Shown here: piece after piece, positions 9,886 to 20,413 of the stretch
How positions within the stretch are numbered: position 1 is the first letter of the stretch
How the letters are laid out: each line of letters opens with the position of its first letter
DNA from: a virus
Taxonomy: Duplodnaviria > Heunggongvirae > Uroviricota > Caudoviricetes
DNA: 64,000 nt
Direction: 5' to 3' (one strand)
IMG/VR virus record: IMGVR_UViG_3300033066_001253
Span: 77,223-141,222 of that record
Notes under the pieces: generated by a model
Told to the model about the DNA's origin: nothing
Databases searched by the model: none
The model's input: the letters and a program-made list of their open reading frames with translations, nothing else
Made by a program: the position numbers and the translations under genes

Positions 9886-12800
9886 TGGAAATTATAACAA
9901 ATATATCTTCTTTAGATCCTGTAACTCTTGAACTTCAAGATTATTCATCTACAGATGATTCTCTTATTTCCTCATTTACTTTAAATGATTTATCATTTAC
10001 CTCTAATAATATTATAGAATATCATATTTATGATTTCAATAAGAATTTAATTAGTTCTGATATTAATTATAAAAGATATTCATTAATAGATAATAACTTA
10101 AATTTAGATATACAAAAAGATTTAACTTATTATGGTTTTGAAGAAGGACAATATAAAGTAATTTATAATTTTCTAAAACCAAGATTTAATTCATCTAAAG
10201 ATAATTATTATTACATAACAGAAATTAGTTCTGATAGAACTGAATTAAGATTATCATCTACTATAATTGATTCTTTATCTATTGAAAATGGATATAATCA
10301 ATTTATTTCTGAATCTAATCAATCCACTTATTATTTAGATTTTTATTTAAATTTTGATAATAACAACTTACTTATTTCTAATAATGTTTTATTAGATAAT
10401 TCAATCCCAGGTGATTATAGTTTATTAATTAAATTATACGAACCTTTACCTAATAATTTTACTTTAAATTCTCAATTATGGATTTCAGAAAAAATCTCTG
10501 ATTCTATAGCTTATTCAATAGAAAATATTATAAGTTTTCCTGAGGAAAATGGAGTAATAAAAATAAAAGGACCTAATTTTAATATTCCTATTAAAGATAG
10601 AATCAACAATTCTACAGAATATCACAATAGCAATACCTTAAATAATACAACCTCCTCATTTTTATCAAATCAATTATCTAGTTTATTTCAAAACAATTCA
10701 ATTGAATTAAATATAGATTATACAGATTATGAAAATTTTATTCATTTTTCATCTGCACAAACCCGATTAGAAAATTTTTATTATAAATTATCTTTATTAG
10801 AAACTTATTATTCTCAAAGTAATACTACTACATCTAGTATTTCCAATACTTATATTTCATCAAGTAATAATATATTAAATGATAAAATTACTAATTTAAT
10901 TACTAATTTTGATGAATATGAATATTTTTTATATTACAATTCAGGTAGTAAAGCTTGGCCTAAAACCAACTCAACACCTCCTTATATAAATGCTCCTACA
11001 ACTTCATCACAAGGACAAACATGGTATGATTCTCAAATAATTACTGCTTCGTTATTTGATAATGAAAATAAAGATGCTCTAGTTAATACTATTCCTCTAT
11101 ATTTAAGAGAAGATCCGGAGAATGATAATTATATTTTATTTGTTCAGATGTTAGGTCAACATTTTGATAATATATATCTTTATCATGAAGAAGTTTCAAA
11201 TAAATATAATGCTGACAATAGATTAGATCATGGTATTTCAAGAGATTTAATTTCTGATGCTTTAAAGGATTTTGGAATAAAAATTTATCAAAATAATTTC
11301 TCAACTGATGATTTATATTCTTCATTTTTAGGTTATACTTCAACAGGAGGTTTATTACCCCCAACAGGCAGTGACCTTATAACGACGTATATAACAGCAT
11401 CTGATAGTAGTAACCTATTACCATTAAATGATGTAAATAATGAAATATATAAACGTATATACCATAATTTACCATATTTACTTAAGACCAAGGGTACATT
11501 AACTGGTTTAAGAACATTAATTAACTTATATGGTATCCCCGATACTATTCTTGATATAAAAGAATATGGTGGAAAGGATAAGAATAATTATAATGATTGG
11601 GATAAATTTCAAAATAAATTTAATTATGAATTTGATACATTAGGAAGAGGTTATGTTCAAAAAATAATTCCTGAAGGAGTACCTACTTCTTCTTTAAGTT
11701 CTATAGAATTTAGATTTAAAACTAAAGGAATTCCTTCATCTAGTATAAATCATCTTTTATCTGAAATTCCTGGTAATTTTTATTTAGTACTAGAATATAC
11801 AGGAAGTAGTTTTACAAGTTCATCATATGGTGGTTCTATTCCTAATTTATATAATAATTATGGTACTTTAAAATTTATTAATTCTAATAATAATTCAGCA
11901 AGTATATATTTACCTTTATATAATGAAGATTGGTGGTCATTATTGATAACTAATTATAATAATACTAGTAGTTTATATATAAAAAATAAGATTTATGAAG
12001 GAAATGATGGATCTAAAATAGGTTTCCAATCTTCTAGTAGTTTATCAGGTGGTAATTCTTGGATAACTTCTTCTAATAGTCAAAGTTTTTATTTATCAAT
12101 CCCCCTACCTATATCTATTGCAGGAAAAACATATAGACCATTTACAGGTTCATTTCAAGAATTAAGATTTTATAATACTCAAATAAGTGAAAGCGTATTT
12201 GATGATTTTGTAATGAATCCATATTCAATTGAAGGAAACCAATTAACTGGTTCTCAATCATCATTATCATCTTTAATATTTAGAGCACCATTAGGAACAT
12301 TATTAGATAATAATTCTAATACTTCAAGAACATCATCTCATCCATCTTATACTAATTTTCCTATTACTGAATCTTTTATTACCGCTAGTAGTAGTATTTA
12401 TACATTAAATGGAAGTTATTCTTTTATTCCAAATAGAGAAATAATATATCAAGATCAATTTCCATCTGGTATAAAAAATGATATTTCGGATAAGATAAAA
12501 ATAACTAATAATATATTACCTGAAGGTGATGTTTTATCTCCATTTATATCAATTCAACAAAAATTTCCTATAAGTGAAAGTTATACTAAAGATACAAACT
12601 ATGTTGAAGTAACTTTTTCCCCACAAAACGAAATAAATGATGATATAATTTCTCAATATGGTTATTTCAATATTGGAGATTATATAGGAGATCCTAGACA
12701 ATTAGTTAATCAAAATTTAACATCATATTCTGATTTTAATAAATTAAGAGATACTTATTTTTCTAAATATCAAAATAGATATAATTTAAAAGATTATATT

Positions 12801-13421
12801 AGATTAATTAAATATTTTGATAATTCTTTATTTAAAATAATTAAAGATTTTATTCCTTCAAGAACTAATCTGGCTTCTGGTATTACTATTAAACAACATT
12901 TATTAGAAAGAAACAGATATTCACCAGCTCAATTAGAACAAGAATTTCACAATGAATTTACTGCTTCTGTAAAATCATATCCTTATAATTATAATGATTC
13001 TTCTTCATTATATAAATTTAAAGGTGAAACAGGAGGTGTATTTCCCAATTTAAGTGGATCTATAAGTAGTAGTTTAAATTATCCTGGAATTATCAATATT
13101 ACACAAAGTTGGGTAGAAGAATTTGATGGTCCGAAAGGTTTATCGTACATTAGTCATAGTTACAAAGAAGAATTTTATAATGGGGAATTAAAAGGAAGTC
13201 AATTAAAAGTAGTTTCATCAAGTTTATCAAATGGAGCTACATTATTTAATAATATTTATCCAACTTATTATATTCCTATTTTATATAAAACTACAATAAC
13301 TAATGATGATATATTCTTTAATTCTAATACTTCTCCTAATCCAGGAGAAATATTAATTTATTCAGATTTATTATCTAATATAAATATTTACAACAATAAT
13401 AATATATATTTTACTGAATAA
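9885..13421 (+). CDS. Large virion structural protein (baseplate/tail-associated)
   Basis: 1178 aa, S/N/T-rich; KTKGTLTGLRTLINLYGIP resembles the phage tail protein I/gp7 motif; LamG-like FTGSFQELRFYN. Confidence 0.6.
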   Translation: MEIITNISSLDPVTLELQDYSSTDDSLISSFTLNDLSFTSNNIIEYHIYDFNKNLISSDINYKRYSLIDNNLNLDIQKDLTYYGFEEGQYKVIYNFLKPRFNSSKDNYYYITEISSDRTELRLSSTIIDSLSIENGYNQFISESNQSTYYLDFYLNFDNNNLLISNNVLLDNSIPGDYSLLIKLYEPLPNNFTLNSQLWISEKISDSIAYSIENIISFPEENGVIKIKGPNFNIPIKDRINNSTEYHNSNTLNNTTSSFLSNQLSSLFQNNSIELNIDYTDYENFIHFSSAQTRLENFYYKLSLLETYYSQSNTTTSSISNTYISSSNNILNDKITNLITNFDEYEYFLYYNSGSKAWPKTNSTPPYINAPTTSSQGQTWYDSQIITASLFDNENKDALVNTIPLYLREDPENDNYILFVQMLGQHFDNIYLYHEEVSNKYNADNRLDHGISRDLISDALKDFGIKIYQNNFSTDDLYSSFLGYTSTGGLLPPTGSDLITTYITASDSSNLLPLNDVNNEIYKRIYHNLPYLLKTKGTLTGLRTLINLYGIPDTILDIKEYGGKDKNNYNDWDKFQNKFNYEFDTLGRGYVQKIIPEGVPTSSLSSIEFRFKTKGIPSSSINHLLSEIPGNFYLVLEYTGSSFTSSSYGGSIPNLYNNYGTLKFINSNNNSASIYLPLYNEDWWSLLITNYNNTSSLYIKNKIYEGNDGSKIGFQSSSSLSGGNSWITSSNSQSFYLSIPLPISIAGKTYRPFTGSFQELRFYNTQISESVFDDFVMNPYSIEGNQLTGSQSSLSSLIFRAPLGTLLDNNSNTSRTSSHPSYTNFPITESFITASSSIYTLNGSYSFIPNREIIYQDQFPSGIKNDISDKIKITNNILPEGDVLSPFISIQQKFPISESYTKDTNYVEVTFSPQNEINDDIISQYGYFNIGDYIGDPRQLVNQNLTSYSDFNKLRDTYFSKYQNRYNLKDYIRLIKYFDNSLFKIIKDFIPSRTNLASGITIKQHLLERNRYSPAQLEQEFHNEFTASVKSYPYNYNDSSSLYKFKGETGGVFPNLSGSISSSLNYPGIINITQSWVEEFDGPKGLSYISHSYKEEFYNGELKGSQLKVVSSSLSNGATLFNNIYPTYYIPILYKTTITNDDIFFNSNTSPNPGEILIYSDLLSNINIYNNNNIYFTE

Positions 13422-15997
13422 TGGCTATTTATAGTATTACTAATATAAAAATTTCTAAATTAGATGCTAATGGAAATGATAATACTTCTAATTTAGAACA
13501 ATTATTATATTTTACATTAAAATATTCTGATATTAATCCTATCCAATTTGATATAATCAATAGAAAAGAATATTCTGATTATTTCTTATTTAATATAAAA
13601 ACAACCCCTCTTCAACAATCATATGATATAAATACTTTAGCAAGCAGTTCAGATAATAATATAAAAAATTATTTTACATCTGCTTCTTTTCCATCAAATC
13701 AATCTTCTAGCATATTAAAATATGATACAATTTTAAATAATAATTTAGGTTATTTAAATACTTCTAGTGGTCAATTTATATTAGGAAACACTCCGAATAT
13801 TCCTTTAACTCTTATAGCAACAGCATCAATTTATTCAGTCAATGGAACTTTAGGAACTGAATTAAGAGTTTATACTAGAACATCAGATTCATCTAGTTTA
13901 AGAGGAGTTTCAGGATTTTCTTTTACTCAAGCTACTATTCCTCCATTAGGAAGTGCTACTTTATATGTATCAGGAAGTTTTACTCCAATAAAAGGAGAAA
14001 GATATGTAGTAGGAATATCTGATGATTCAGAATTTTCAGACATAACTGCATCTAATGTAAATTTTTTAATTACTCAATCTATTACACCAAATGTAGGAGT
14101 TAGTAGTTCAGGAGATTTATTAATTTTTATAACTCCAGGAGAAGATTCTGAAAACCCATTGTTAAATAATGCTGAAAACATATTATTAAATCCAAATTAT
14201 TTAACTTTAGATTATACAGAATATAAACTTCCTGATACTGAATTTCAATTAGTTTTATCTGGTTCTGGAACTAATTCATCTGTAAAACAATATAATTATG
14301 AAGCCAATAGAATAACAATTCCTAGATATAAAGGAAGCAGATCAACAAGCCCAGATTGGAATTTAAATAATACTGAGGGTGGTTTAGGTTTAGATCCTAA
14401 TGTTGAAAGAAATAATATATATTTTGCAGCTATAAATTCAATAGAAGAAGCCTCACCAGAAATAATAAATTCCAGTGTAGTTAATTTTAAATTTTTAATA
14501 GATGATCAAGGAAACACTTATGAATTAAATAATGATCCTTCTAATATTTCATATTATAATAGTACTTTTACTTTTGAAAAAGATAAACCAATAGTAATAT
14601 CAGATAATGAGGGAACTAATTATACTAGTTCAATTTATAGATCTGGATATGATGTTATTCCAATTTTATATTCTGATACAGGATTAACTTTTGAACCAAC
14701 ATTATCTTTTTCTAATAGTGGTGTAGGAAATTATTTATATAGAGCTTCAACACAAAATTGGATGTCAGCTAATTCTAATGTATTATTATTTTGGGGACCT
14801 AATTCTACACATGAATCAAATCAAGAAGGAAAAAGCTTCTTAATGAAATTCCCAACTATTTCTAAATCCCCAGATCTAACTTTAACTAATATACAAGTAT
14901 CAGCTAGTACTAATAATATTATTAATAATTTTTCTACTTATACCCCTCCAGGCTATCCTTCATATACACTAACTCCTATAATGACAGGAAGTTTATATCA
15001 TATAACTAATTCTACCCCTAATACTTATCTTAAATTTAAATATCAAGGCCAAGGAGATGCTACAGGTATAGCTGGGTTGTTTTATATAGGACCTTCTTAT
15101 AGTAAATGGCAATTAAATGTTAAATTTATAAAAGCTAAATTAACAGATTTAGGCGCTGTATCTCCTTCAGGAATATACACATGGAATTTTAATAACCTTT
15201 CAACTAATACTGAAATACTAGCTTCTACTACTTATATGGGTAATCTAGCTAATCCTTATTCATATAATGAGACAACAAACCCATTAATAACATATCCTAA
15301 CAAAGTAATTAATATTGATGGAGGAACTAATGGGTATATTACATTCCCTATAAATATAGAAACTAATTTTCTAGCCTTAGAAATAGATGATGTAATAGGT
15401 TTATTAGTAGAATTAGTTGATATTCCGACAGCCAAAACAATAGGTTTTTATAATAGTGCTAATTCTGGATATAATTTTTATTCAATGGAAACTATATCTG
15501 ATCCTCCACCAAACCTATTAATAACAACCTCTCCACAACCTTATTTTCAAACAGCCTCTTCCAATCCTTATAGATTAATAATGGCAACAGCTTCAATTAA
15601 CGCTAACCCGACATTAACTTCAGGTTTGGCTCAAGCATTTGAATATAAACAATTAGATATAACTGGATCCTTATATAAAAATATTACCAAAAAATCGTTA
15701 CCATTGGTAGGAGATCAAATAAGATTTGAACATAATGAATCTTTAATATATGATGTATTGGAAACTGGGTTTACTAGTTCTGGTAATTTTTATATGGATT
15801 TAAATAATCCTATATTAAATGGAACTAACTTGAATTGGTTTTTAATAAGAAGATATATTAAAAATCCATCAAAAATGATAATCACAACTCCATTTGAACA
15901 AACATCAGGATTTGCATTTCCTGAATATATGAGTAAAAACATAGTAAATAATTTACCGAAAATAATAGAAAAATTAAAAACACAAGGATTAATTTAA
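13421..15997 (+). CDS. Large virion structural protein
   Basis: 858 aa, S/T/N-rich, beta-type; in the baseplate operon. Confidence 0.55.
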   Translation: MAIYSITNIKISKLDANGNDNTSNLEQLLYFTLKYSDINPIQFDIINRKEYSDYFLFNIKTTPLQQSYDINTLASSSDNNIKNYFTSASFPSNQSSSILKYDTILNNNLGYLNTSSGQFILGNTPNIPLTLIATASIYSVNGTLGTELRVYTRTSDSSSLRGVSGFSFTQATIPPLGSATLYVSGSFTPIKGERYVVGISDDSEFSDITASNVNFLITQSITPNVGVSSSGDLLIFITPGEDSENPLLNNAENILLNPNYLTLDYTEYKLPDTEFQLVLSGSGTNSSVKQYNYEANRITIPRYKGSRSTSPDWNLNNTEGGLGLDPNVERNNIYFAAINSIEEASPEIINSSVVNFKFLIDDQGNTYELNNDPSNISYYNSTFTFEKDKPIVISDNEGTNYTSSIYRSGYDVIPILYSDTGLTFEPTLSFSNSGVGNYLYRASTQNWMSANSNVLLFWGPNSTHESNQEGKSFLMKFPTISKSPDLTLTNIQVSASTNNIINNFSTYTPPGYPSYTLTPIMTGSLYHITNSTPNTYLKFKYQGQGDATGIAGLFYIGPSYSKWQLNVKFIKAKLTDLGAVSPSGIYTWNFNNLSTNTEILASTTYMGNLANPYSYNETTNPLITYPNKVINIDGGTNGYITFPINIETNFLALEIDDVIGLLVELVDIPTAKTIGFYNSANSGYNFYSMETISDPPPNLLITTSPQPYFQTASSNPYRLIMATASINANPTLTSGLAQAFEYKQLDITGSLYKNITKKSLPLVGDQIRFEHNESLIYDVLETGFTSSGNFYMDLNNPILNGTNLNWFLIRRYIKNPSKMIITTPFEQTSGFAFPEYMSKNIVNNLPKIIEKLKTQGLI

Positions 15998-16024
15998 TAA
16001 TATTTATAATAAAAATAAAACAAA

Positions 16025-16681
16025 TTGGGCTATTTAAATAATTCAACAGTAACAATCGACGCCATTCTTACAAAGAAAGGTAGAGAACTTTTAGCAAAAG
16101 GTGATGGAACCTTTAAAATTACACAATTTGCTCTAGCAGATGATGAAATTGATTATACATTATATAATCCAACTCATCCATCTGGTTCAGCATATTATGG
16201 ACAAGCAATTGAAAATTTACCATTATTAGAAGCTTTCCCTGATGAAACTCAAATAATGAAATATAAATTAGTAACATTACCTAGAGGTACTTCAAAAATG
16301 CCAATTTTAGATTTAGGTTATGCTTCAATTGTATTAAAACAAGGTGCTTCATTAGCAATTACTCCACAAACCTTAAATTATTTAGGTAATAATCAAACAT
16401 TTGAAACTTCAGGTTATACTGCAACTATATCAGATGTTAGATTATTTAATTCATTTACGGGAACTGGTATTCAAACAAATGATGCTAGTAATTTAAATTC
16501 AACTAATACAATAGGAACTAATGTTTCTAAAACAGTTGTTGGAACAACAATTAATTTATCTGCAACAACAATAAATACATTATTTGGAACCGCAACAGAA
16601 TTATATGCTTCCTTAACTATTGTAGGACGTAATAGTGGAGCTAGATTAACAATCCCTGTAACAATTAAAAAAACTCAATAA
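16025..16681 (+). CDS. Virion structural protein (TTG start)
   Basis: GYLNNSTVTIDAILTKKGRELLA...ITQFALADDEIDY; follows an ATATTTATA motif. Confidence 0.6.
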   Translation: MGYLNNSTVTIDAILTKKGRELLAKGDGTFKITQFALADDEIDYTLYNPTHPSGSAYYGQAIENLPLLEAFPDETQIMKYKLVTLPRGTSKMPILDLGYASIVLKQGASLAITPQTLNYLGNNQTFETSGYTATISDVRLFNSFTGTGIQTNDASNLNSTNTIGTNVSKTVVGTTINLSATTINTLFGTATELYASLTIVGRNSGARLTIPVTIKKTQ

Positions 16682-16687
16682 TAAAAT

Positions 16688-17719
16688 ATGTCATACATTA
16701 GATTAGACCCTCAAGATTTTCTTATATCTTCTGAAGCCATTACTTCAGCTTTATGGACAGGGTATGCTCCTACATTAAATTCATTTTTTACATCTTCTAC
16801 TCAAGTAGCTAGTAATGCTGGAAATTATTATATAAGTGTTTACCAAACATCTAGTAGTGATACAAATGCTGAAGTTCAATTTGATATAACTTATGGTGAT
16901 TTATTAGGAAGTGGTAGTATTTTATATGATAGTGGAGTTGCAGAAAAATCTCCAACAAGAACTATTTATGGACAATATAGAACCTTAGTTTTAGGAAGTG
17001 AAACCTCTGATTTTATTTTTGGAAATTATACTTCCCCTAATTTTTATGCTATTTCAATAAACAGAAATAGATATAAAGAATCATTATTTCCAGGTTCATT
17101 AACTTTACAATTAGGTTCAGGAAGTAATAAAATTACCTTAACAGATGATTCTAGAATTACATCAACAAATGTATTTACAGATGCTGGTAGAGTTTATAAT
17201 CTAGTAAGTGGATCTGCAGGAACCGTTTATACAGGAATAAATTCATACGGATGGGCTGGAGGAGCAAATGCTGCATCTGGTTCTTATGGTTGGTTTCTAC
17301 CTGATATTTCCACATTAATATTAAATCCTGCAGCAATTGGAGGAACAGTTGCTAATGGAGGTATAATTTTTCAAACATCAAGAAGTAATAACTCAGATGG
17401 TTTGAATAATGATAGATTATATAGTGCTATTTCAGGAGGAGCTAATTTTACATTAAATTCTCAAGAAACAATAACTTCAGATTTCGTATTTGTTAGAGCT
17501 AGAAACAGTGATTTTAATTATTCAGAAAATCCAAGTTTTATTTCTGGAAGTAATGGTGTTGTATTATATAATGATTTTATAAATAATCCACAAACCTTTA
17601 TTACAACTGTAGGTTTATACAATGATGCAAATGAATTATTAGCAGTTGCTAAATTATCAAGACCATTAAAGAAAGACTTCACGAAAGAGATGCTTCTTAG
17701 ATGTAAGTTAGATTTTTAA
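16688..17719 (+). CDS. Baseplate/tail-fibre attachment protein
   Basis: C-terminal FITTVGLYNDANELLAVAKLSRP, similar to tail-collar fibre attachment domains; paralog of the next gene. Confidence 0.55.
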   Translation: MSYIRLDPQDFLISSEAITSALWTGYAPTLNSFFTSSTQVASNAGNYYISVYQTSSSDTNAEVQFDITYGDLLGSGSILYDSGVAEKSPTRTIYGQYRTLVLGSETSDFIFGNYTSPNFYAISINRNRYKESLFPGSLTLQLGSGSNKITLTDDSRITSTNVFTDAGRVYNLVSGSAGTVYTGINSYGWAGGANAASGSYGWFLPDISTLILNPAAIGGTVANGGIIFQTSRSNNSDGLNNDRLYSAISGGANFTLNSQETITSDFVFVRARNSDFNYSENPSFISGSNGVVLYNDFINNPQTFITTVGLYNDANELLAVAKLSRPLKKDFTKEMLLRCKLDF

Positions 17720-17732
17720 TTTAAATTAATAG

Positions 17733-18692
17733 ATGAGTGTATTTAAGCCATTTCTGGCTCAGGATATAATAATAACTCCTTTCACAGTAAATAAATCTTT
17801 TCAATTTACTGGACGAAATGCACTTACATCTTCTGATGTAGGAATTGATATTTTTATAGCAAAAAATATAACGTCTTCATTTAGTACTTCATCTCCAACC
17901 ACAGGAGAATTTACAACAGGTTCATATCAACAATTATTATATCATTCCGTAAAAGAATTATATTATTCTAATTTTATATCTTCTAGTAAAGGTGATGAAG
18001 CTACACTTTATATAAATAATAATGGAGTAGAAGTTCAAGCTAATAATTTACAACCTAGATATGAAAATTATCTTCAATCAACTTTAGTTCCTGAAAGATT
18101 TATTCCGACAGGTTCAAATGATGAAATAGGAATAATTTCCATCCCCACAACATTATATGGAGATCAAATAAGACCTAAAAGTTTTTATTTATCATCACCA
18201 AGTGGAAGTTTAACAGATGATGGAGAAGGAAATATTTATTTAAATTCATTAACTTCAAGTTTAGTAGGAAATATAATTTATTCTCATGGTTTAATAATTT
18301 TAACTACAGATCATTATCATATAGCATCATATTATAGTACAGCTTCATATGGATCTAGTTTATATAGTGACACAGTAGGAATATTAGGTTCAATAATTAA
18401 TGCACCTTCATTAACAATGTCATTCCAAAGTACTTATACAATATATGAGACTCAATATAAATGTACTATAAGAGAAAGTGAATTTAATTTTAGTTTAAAT
18501 CCTACATTATTATCAGGAAGTACAAATGAAAGGATTTATGATTTTGCTACAGGATCTAATTTTGCTCCTTATATATCTACTATTGGACTTTACAACGATA
18601 ATCAGGAGTTATTAGCAGTTGCTAAATTTTCACAACCACTTCCATCATCCCCAACTACAGATATGAACCTGATAGTATCACTTGACCGCTAA
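17733..18692 (+). CDS. Baseplate/tail-fibre attachment protein (paralog)
   Basis: C-terminal YISTIGLYNDNQELLAVAKFSQP; shares GSLTDD/ITLTDD and EFNFSLNP/DFNYSENP with the previous gene. Confidence 0.55.
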   Translation: MSVFKPFLAQDIIITPFTVNKSFQFTGRNALTSSDVGIDIFIAKNITSSFSTSSPTTGEFTTGSYQQLLYHSVKELYYSNFISSSKGDEATLYINNNGVEVQANNLQPRYENYLQSTLVPERFIPTGSNDEIGIISIPTTLYGDQIRPKSFYLSSPSGSLTDDGEGNIYLNSLTSSLVGNIIYSHGLIILTTDHYHIASYYSTASYGSSLYSDTVGILGSIINAPSLTMSFQSTYTIYETQYKCTIRESEFNFSLNPTLLSGSTNERIYDFATGSNFAPYISTIGLYNDNQELLAVAKFSQPLPSSPTTDMNLIVSLDR

Positions 18693-18730
18693 TTATAAAC
18701 TTAGATTTTTTTTTTCATATATGTATAACC

Positions 18731-19519
18731 ATGGAAATGAAAAAATGTATAGGTTGTAATATAGTTTTAGAACAAACTGAAGCTAATTTTTATAAAAAAG
18801 GTAAAAAATATGAAGGTTTTCAAAGTAGATGTAAATTTTGTTTTAATAAACAAACTATATCAAATCAAAAAAATGAAGATTATAAAAAATATTTAAAAAA
18901 TTATTATAAGTTGAATAAAGAAAAAATTGATTTACAAAATAAAAATAATTATTATATAAATAAAGAAGATAGATCTAAAAAAGCAAAAGAAAAATACCAT
19001 AGTAATTCTGAATATTATTTGAATCTTCAAAAATCATATCAAGAACAAGTTAAAAATGATCCTGATAAATTAGAAAAACAAAGAGAAAGATTTAGAAAAT
19101 GGCATAAAGAAAATAGAAATAAAAATCCTCACCTCCATTTAATTAGAAATCAACTTAAGAATATTAAAGAATTATTAGGAACTAAAAAAACACAACCCGC
19201 ATTACTAGAATTAGGATATACTCCTGATGATTTTAAAAAACATATTGAAATATTATTTAAAGAAAATATGTATTGGGGTAATATAGGATTAGGTGAAGGT
19301 AAATGGAATATAGATCATAAAATACCTGTAACTTGGTTTAAACAAAAAACACCATTTTACTTAGTAAATAATTTAATGAATTTAGAACCAATTTGGTGGG
19401 TAGAAAATAATAAAAAAAGTAATAAATATTCCACTCCAATATGTTTAGAATATTTTAATTTAATAAAAGAATATATATTAGAAGACAAATTAAATTTAAT
19501 CATAATTAATGATAAATAA
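18731..19519 (+). CDS. HNH homing endonuclease
   Basis: N-terminal CxxC...CxxC; WNIDHKIP...NLEPIWWVENNKKSNK. Confidence 0.8.
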   Translation: MEMKKCIGCNIVLEQTEANFYKKGKKYEGFQSRCKFCFNKQTISNQKNEDYKKYLKNYYKLNKEKIDLQNKNNYYINKEDRSKKAKEKYHSNSEYYLNLQKSYQEQVKNDPDKLEKQRERFRKWHKENRNKNPHLHLIRNQLKNIKELLGTKKTQPALLELGYTPDDFKKHIEILFKENMYWGNIGLGEGKWNIDHKIPVTWFKQKTPFYLVNNLMNLEPIWWVENNKKSNKYSTPICLEYFNLIKEYILEDKLNLIIINDK

Positions 19520-19952
19520 ATTAAAATATATAATTAAAGAAGAAATTAGAAAACAATTGGATGAAATTTCTAAACCTGATGATAATACTTTAGAAAAAAT
19601 TTCTTTAGAAGTTAGAAATAAATATCCGAATATTAATAAAGGCTTATGTTTTAATTTTGCTAATATAATATATAATTTATTTGGATTTGATAATTTTGTT
19701 TTTCTTTATGATAAAGGAGAAGCATTTATTGGAGAACCACTACATATAGCTTTTAAATTAGGAGATAATAAATATTATGATGGTTATGGTATATTAACAA
19801 AACAACAACTTCAATATGAATGGCAAGGTCCTGAAGGATTACCTGATTTATATTCTGGAGATATAGAGGATTTAAAAGAATATGTTAAAATATTACCTGA
19901 AATAGATAAAGAAATTAAAAAAATAATACAAAATGTGGTTATACGAAAATAA
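19509..19952 (+). CDS. Tagged protein with putative papain/transglutaminase-like Cys-His-Asp domain
   Basis: NKGLCFNFA ... HIAFKLGDNKYYDGYG; N-terminal LKYIIKEEIRKQLDE. Confidence 0.45.
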   Translation: MINKLKYIIKEEIRKQLDEISKPDDNTLEKISLEVRNKYPNINKGLCFNFANIIYNLFGFDNFVFLYDKGEAFIGEPLHIAFKLGDNKYYDGYGILTKQQLQYEWQGPEGLPDLYSGDIEDLKEYVKILPEIDKEIKKIIQNVVIRK

Positions 19953-20370
19953 GGTTATTACAAAAATAGAAGATTTAGGAGAAAATATTTTTGGTTTTAT
20001 ATATAAAATAGAAAATCTCACCAATAATAAATTTTATATTGGTAAAAAACAAATAATGTCTATTACTAATGTAAAATTAGGTAAAAAGGAAATATCATTA
20101 CTTCCAACAACTCGAGGTAGAACTCCTTCCAAAAAACAAGTTATAAAAGAATCTAATTGGGTTGACTATATGGGAAGTAACAAATTTCTCTTAGAAGATA
20201 TTAAATCATTAGGTAAAGAAAATTTCAAAAAAGAAATCCTAATATTATGTTCTAATAAAAAACTTTTAACATATCATGAATTATCATTCCAGTGTAAATA
20301 TGATGTTTTAACTACCAACAGTTATAATGATAATTTATTAGGAAAATTTTATAGAAAAGATTTTATATAA
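19933..20370 (+). CDS. GIY-YIG endonuclease (T4 endonuclease II-like)
   Basis: MWLY...FGFIYKIENLTNNKFYIGKK...ESNWVDYMGSN...KEILILC...YNDNL. Confidence 0.75.
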   Translation: MWLYENKVITKIEDLGENIFGFIYKIENLTNNKFYIGKKQIMSITNVKLGKKEISLLPTTRGRTPSKKQVIKESNWVDYMGSNKFLLEDIKSLGKENFKKEILILCSNKKLLTYHELSFQCKYDVLTTNSYNDNLLGKFYRKDFI

Positions 20371-20377
20371 TTTAAAC

Positions 20378-20406
20378 TTGGATTTCTAACATAAACTTCA
20401 TATGTT
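20378..20406 (+). promoter_or_regulatory. Sigma70-like promoter for primase
   Basis: TTGGAT, 17 nt, TATGTT; 7 nt before the primase ATG. Confidence 0.5.
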
Positions 20407-20413
20407 ATGAACA

